Below, piece after piece: positions 40,301-46,300 of a stretch of DNA of 64,000 nt. Made by a program: the position numbers and the translations under genes. Under the pieces are notes generated by a model that saw only the letters and a list, made by a program, of their open reading frames with translations, searched no databases and was not told where the DNA came from. Origin of the DNA: Guillardia theta CCMP2712 (Eukaryota > Protista > Cryptophyta); assembly GCF_000315625.1 (NCBI RefSeq), contig NW_005434649.1, positions 434,001 through 498,000 of the forward strand, read 5' to 3'. Within the stretch, counting starts at the first letter, position 1. Each line of letters starts with the position of its first letter.

Positions 40301-43300
40301 GAGGAACGAGGTAAGGCAGGGCCTGTCGTAGCTGAAGATGGCTGTAGCTGTGGCCCCTGACTTGATAGCGCTCTGGATCTTAAAAGTACGTTCCTCCTTC
40401 ACCCGGGGGGGAGTGAGGCAGACCAGGCTCGAGTCGCTGATCCACGTGGCCGGGGACTCGTTGCCATCCACCACACACGAAGATGAGTAGTCATGATCGC
40501 CGAAGTTCCTGCCGGTGACGGAGACGTTGGTGCCCCCAACGATCGGCCCGTTGGCCGGGGCGACTGCGGTCACGACCATGGTGTCAAAGGAGAAGAGGGC
40601 GCTGCCGTTCTGGATGTCGTACAACCTGCTCTGCAGCTGGACGTCAGCAGGGGGGTAGCCGGAAAATTCACATCTGACGTAGAGGGCCGTGTCGGAGATC
40701 CAGGTGGTGGAGAGACAAGGAGTGTCGGAGAACGACACGGCAAGAGAGTTGTCCTTGACCCCAAAGTTGCTCCCGAACACAGTCAGGCTCCTCGTCCCAT
40801 CGTTGACAGGCCCGTTGGACGGCGAGACGGCCGTGAGCTGCTCAGGGGGAGGGAACTGGAACGCCTCCCCTGTGCCGCTCTGCGAGTCAACGGACACGAC
40901 GATCTCTGCGTAAGTCTGCGCAAGGGATGAGAAGACGGGGGCGGCAACAGACCCCAGACAGGTCAAGTAGGAGTCGGAGACCCATGACACGTTCTGGCAG
41001 GGCTGCTGCTGGAGGAACACATCTCTCTGCGTGCCCGCCTGGTCGCCAAAGTTCTTCCCGGTCACGACGGCATGGAACTGTAAGCCGGAGACGAGGCGGA
41101 GGTCCTGAGGAGCAAAGGAGATGATCCTGGGGGCGTCATACGAGAACGCCTGGTCGAAGACGGCCAGCCCGTCCCAGACTGTCAGCCCCACCTGCTTCTC
41201 GTACCCCGTCCCAGGAGAGAACCGTGTGATGGAGATCGAGGAGTCCGAGCTCCAGTCCACCTGCCCTCCAGCTGACAAGCCGATGATCGGAGTCAGTGAG
41301 ACGTTGGTGAACCCAAAGTTTGACCCTAAGACTGCGATCTGAGTGACACCAGACATCGGGATGTTGCGTTGGCTCGGAAGCATCGAGCAAGGAGCAAGGA
41401 ACTGGAACCCGTAGGCGCCGAACTTGTTGTCGATTCCCTCCTCTCCCGGCCCGGTTCCCATGCCGAGGCGCAGGAAGATCGGGGCCGAAGTGCTGATAGT
41501 CCACTGCGGGGCCGTGCACCTGAGGAACTTGTCGTTAAGCACGACCACGTCTGAACGCGACTCCTGAATGCCGCAAACTTGCGAGTTTGACAAGTAGTCA
41601 AACCACTTATAGTACACGTTGACCTCCGTGTTCCCCTCGCACGCGTCAGATCGGCTGTACCATGTGCAGTGCATGGGCCGGCTGTACGCATTGAACCCAT
41701 GGCCGTGAATGGTGACCTCGAATCCTCCGCCGATGGGCCCCGTCGAGAGGTTGTTGCAGCTGGGGGCGACCTGACTGGCGCTGATGTTGTACCAGAAGAC
41801 AGGCTCTGTGAGATTGTTGTCCGTGATCGACACGTTGACGGCCTTTGACCCCTCGATGGCGAACCCTTGGAACTCTGAGTAGTACTCGACGATGGTCACT
41901 TGGAACTGTCTTGCCTCTTGAAGCAGCTCATTGTCGATGATATGCACTTCTAGATACTTGGTCGTCTCCTCCCCGTGGCCCCAGGCAACGACCTTACTGA
42001 CAGCCACGAAGTCTTGGGAAGACTTGGCTGTCCTCTCAACGGTCTGGTAACGGATGGCGACAGCTCCGTCGCTGCCGTTGTACCTCGTCACTGGGATGCG
42101 GACGGTTGACGGCATGTAACTGCCGTTGAAAAGAGACCCCTCAGTGATGGTGTAGACCCTGTCTTGAGAGAAGCTGACGTAACCAACTTTGACGTATCCC
42201 GCAACGTCGAATGCCTCGGACTTCACCAGCACGTCTGCGTTCCACTGGGCACTCAGGAAGCTCTGGAGCTGCCCCTCGAACTGACTGGCCCCATCCTGGA
42301 GGACAGACCGCAGGCTTGCCGCGAGCACGGAGTCCAGCCGTGAGAACTTGACGTCGACAGTCACTTGCGGGTTGTAGTTCCACAGATTTTCTGCGTTCTT
42401 CACTTCCTGCAGAGAGGAGAGCTCTACTTGAGTCTCCTGCACCTGCGGGACCCCCATGGCAGCCACGAGACTCTGACGGACCTGGTCCACCACATCCCGT
42501 GAGAAGAAGTCCAGCGGCCGCCCCGTGACTTGCAGCCTGAGGCTCGCCACGAGGCAGGATCGCTGCCAGCGGAGACACATGACCCTCTCCATATCTGCTC
42601 GCTCCGACTCGCTGATCACCCTGTCAAACATCACCATCTCAGCTACCTCCCCAGCAAAGAAGCTCGGGACCCCCGTCTGGTTGTTCAGGTAGCGCGGGAG
42701 AACTCCAGGGAATGTGCCCAGGAAGAGGCTGGGGATCGGAGAGGCCAACCCGCCCGTTCCCCTCCTCCGGCAGAACGTCTGGATCTCGTACTTGGACATC
42801 AGGTAGGACTGGACGACCCCGAGGGCCTCAGGGCTGAGCAGCTCAGTCCACGTCATGTACTCGGTGATGCCTCCCTCCCACCTCTTCGGGAGGCTCTGAG
42901 ATCTATCACAAGCCTCTACGAGGGAGAGCGTGAGAGAGTAGACGGTCAAGGAGGAGGAGGGGACGAAGGAGGAGTTGCAAACCTCAAAGTTCGCCTGCGC
43001 TGACAGCACGGAGACTGGGCAGGAGCTTCTGAAGCCTGGGACGGAGAGGTTTGAGACGGATGCTGGGTAATCACTTGTGGCGAACTGGAGACAGAACTGA
43101 TCGTTGCTCACGAAGACTACAGTCAAGTTTCTCTGCCCTAGTACCGTAGAGAAATCCACGGCAGAGCCAAGGTTGACCGACGTGTACCGTTGGTTGGTGA
43201 GGATCAGAGGTCGGGCAGCCGACGAGCTCCAGTCGAACGTTTGACAAGCGCTGCAGTTCCTCCTGTCCCTCCACTGGAGGACTTCTTGAATGAAGTCTCC

Positions 43301-46300
43301 GTTGTTGTCAAGGTACCTGAGGGTCGAGATGGAGTCGGTCGACGACAGCCAGAGCTCAACCGCATCGCTCTGTATCGCGTCCAAGAAAGAGCCCGTGCAG
43401 TCTGACGGCCCCTCCGGGATGCACAGCTTCTCGAACGACGAGTCTGGCACGGAGCAGGCGAACTTGTCAAATCCTTTCTGAATGTCAGAGTCCAGCCAGA
43501 GGGAGAACTGATTCGCACTCATGACCATCGTGACAACGTGGAGCCCCTCCAAGGGAACCACTTGGGAAGACGAAAGATACCTTGCCTCGTCTCCTCCCAC
43601 CACTTTCAACTTCCCGTCAGGCTCCACGAACAGTCCGACTCCCCGCTCTTGACCCGAGACAGGCACGTTGTTGCTGAAGACGAAACCCCCGTGAAAGGTA
43701 GACTTGATGTTCATCACAACCACGACCGAGACAGCGGGAAGAGCATCGAAGGAGAAGGTCGAAGACTGAAGGAAGTCATTGATGCCGTCGAAGCTGATCA
43801 CCCCGGGGTGAACATAGGGACCTGAGCTCGAGAGCTCGCCCGAGTTGTCGTTCCTCACAGTCCAGGAATCGCTGCTTGCTACAAACGTTGGCTGCTTCTT
43901 GGCATCCGCCTGCTGCAGCACGATCCCACCTACCCTTGACCTCCACGAGCTGACCCGACCTGAGAACCCCTGCTGCATCAAGAGCGACTTCTGCCAAGTG
44001 CAGTACGGGCACGACGTCATGCTCAGGTTTGTGCCATAGGTCAGATACGCGTCCGAGGCATCCAGCCAGAGGACTGGAGGTGCATGGAGGACACCGAGGC
44101 CCCGGTGGCCCGCAAACTCCTTGCCAAAGTCACAGAGGACCACGAAGCCGGACCAGAGGAGCGAGTCTGTATTGATCATGTACTCCCCGCTCCTGGCGTC
44201 AGGCTCGTACCGGATGATCTCTGCGCAGGAGGAGGAGCTGAAGTTGAAGGCCTTGTCCTTGCTCGCCGTGGTGGTGAACTCCGAGTACGACTGGTGGAAG
44301 GTGACGCTCACCGTCCTTTCTATGAAGGATCCAGCAGGAGTCCGGCAGCGGATGGAGGAGTCAGAGATCCAGCTCGACTCGAGGCATCTGGTTGATCCGA
44401 TGCTGACGACTGGCGTGTGATCAAAGGGAGAGAAGTTGTGCCCGAGGACCGTGACGAGCCCCCCGCCGCTCGACAAGGCGAAGTCAGGGGAGACGGCAGT
44501 GACGACGGGGCTGTCGTAGGTGAAGAAGTCGGCAAAGGTCGAGTTCAGCAGGACGCTCTCTCCAGCTAGCTGCAGGGACACGGCGTTGCTTCCTATTCCC
44601 CCGGACGTGACGCAGACTAGCGACGTGTCTGATCGCCAGGACGCCGCGGAGGTCTCAGTGGGTCCGATCCAGACCCTCGGGCTGTTGTCGTACGGCCCGA
44701 AGTTCCTCCCCACGAACGTTATCAGCTCATCCCCAGCTGCTGCTCCCGACCTGGCCAGCGACAGGATCGGCCGGTCCCAAGAGAAGACCGCATTCCTCTG
44801 AGACCCCTCCACGCACCAGGGGCCTTGGAGGGGGTACTGGTTGCACGCTGACCTCGCCCAGATCGCGTCCTCGACCCCCAGCCCTTGAGGGGTCAGGCAC
44901 ATCATGGCTGAGTCAGAGATCCACCCAGTCGAGCTGCACTGCGTCTTCCCGAAGATGACTTGGACCAGCTCCTGGTCCCCCGTGTACCCAAAGTTCTTCC
45001 CCAGCAGTGTAGTCTGCACTCCCCCGGCGGTCGGGAAGTTCCTGGTGAAGCCAGTGACGACGGCTGCGTCGTAGGTGAGCTTGTCGTAGAAGGTCGTCCA
45101 GGAGGAAGCGTTCTTGCTCTTGATAGAGATGTCAACCTTTGCCCTGCCCAGCCCTACAGGGGCTCTGCAACGGACCGAAGACGTTGAGAACCACTGAAGA
45201 TCGGAGCAAGGGGAGTTCTGAATGAAAACTTTGACAACATCTCCGTACGCACCAAAGGAGCTGCCCGTGAGCTGCAACAGGACTTGCCCTGTGCTGGGGG
45301 AGTTGCTGGGCGAAACTTGGAGGGCGTCGACGGGAGCGAGGTACCTGAAGTCCGAGGACTGTGAAACAACATCTTCCGCCTGAAGCTTGATAAAAGGAGA
45401 GCTGACGCCCTTAGGCCCGTAGAACGCAGGCACAACACACGTGATGGCTGAGTCGCTCGACCAGGTTGTGCCCAGGCAGTTCGTGGCTCCCACTTGCAGT
45501 CCCAGGGTGTAGTCGGTGCTGCCAAAGTTCTCTCCGAAGAGGGTAACTGTCGCCCCTCCCTGATACGATGCTTCCGCTGGGACGATGTTGGTCACTGACG
45601 GGGCAGCAAAGGTGAACAGGGGAAGGCGATTTGGCTCCGGCATGCTTCGCTGCCCTCCGACCTCGACGTAGACGTTCCTTGTCCCAACACCTGTGATAAA
45701 TTCCTTGGAAGTTCCGAGGTTATAGGCTGTTGAACACAGAAGAGATGAGTCTGATATCCAGATCGAAGAGAAACAGACTGTCGTGCCGATCGTCGCCTGG
45801 ACCTCACCATCAGCTCCGAAGTTTCTTCCGTAAACTGTGACGTTGATGTCTTCGCCGACAGGCTTCAGGTAGGAAGGAGAGACGGCAGTGACAGAGGGAG
45901 GCTGATATGTCAGCAGCCGATCATGCTCTAAGTTGTAGCCATTGATGCCTAAGTTCAGCTTGAGGTTCGACCCCGACCCGTACGCCACCTGACAGCGGAT
46001 CAAAGAAGTCGAGACGTACTCGATCGTATGACACGAGCTCTGCCCCACCGTCACGCTCGTCCCAGCATTGTAAGCTAGAGCGGACGAGCCTTTCATGGTG
46101 ATGGGAAAGTTTCGCACATGCCATGGGTCAGGGTTGTACAGTCCTGGCGAGTAGGAGCCTTGGGACTCCAGCGATGGGCCAAAATGAAGTCCGGTGATGT
46201 TGACTGAGCTCCTGCCGGAGACCAGAAGAGGGTCGACGGAGAAGATCTGCGGTGGAGGGTACGAGACATAGGAGGTGGTAGGAGAGCAGGCAGCGTTTAA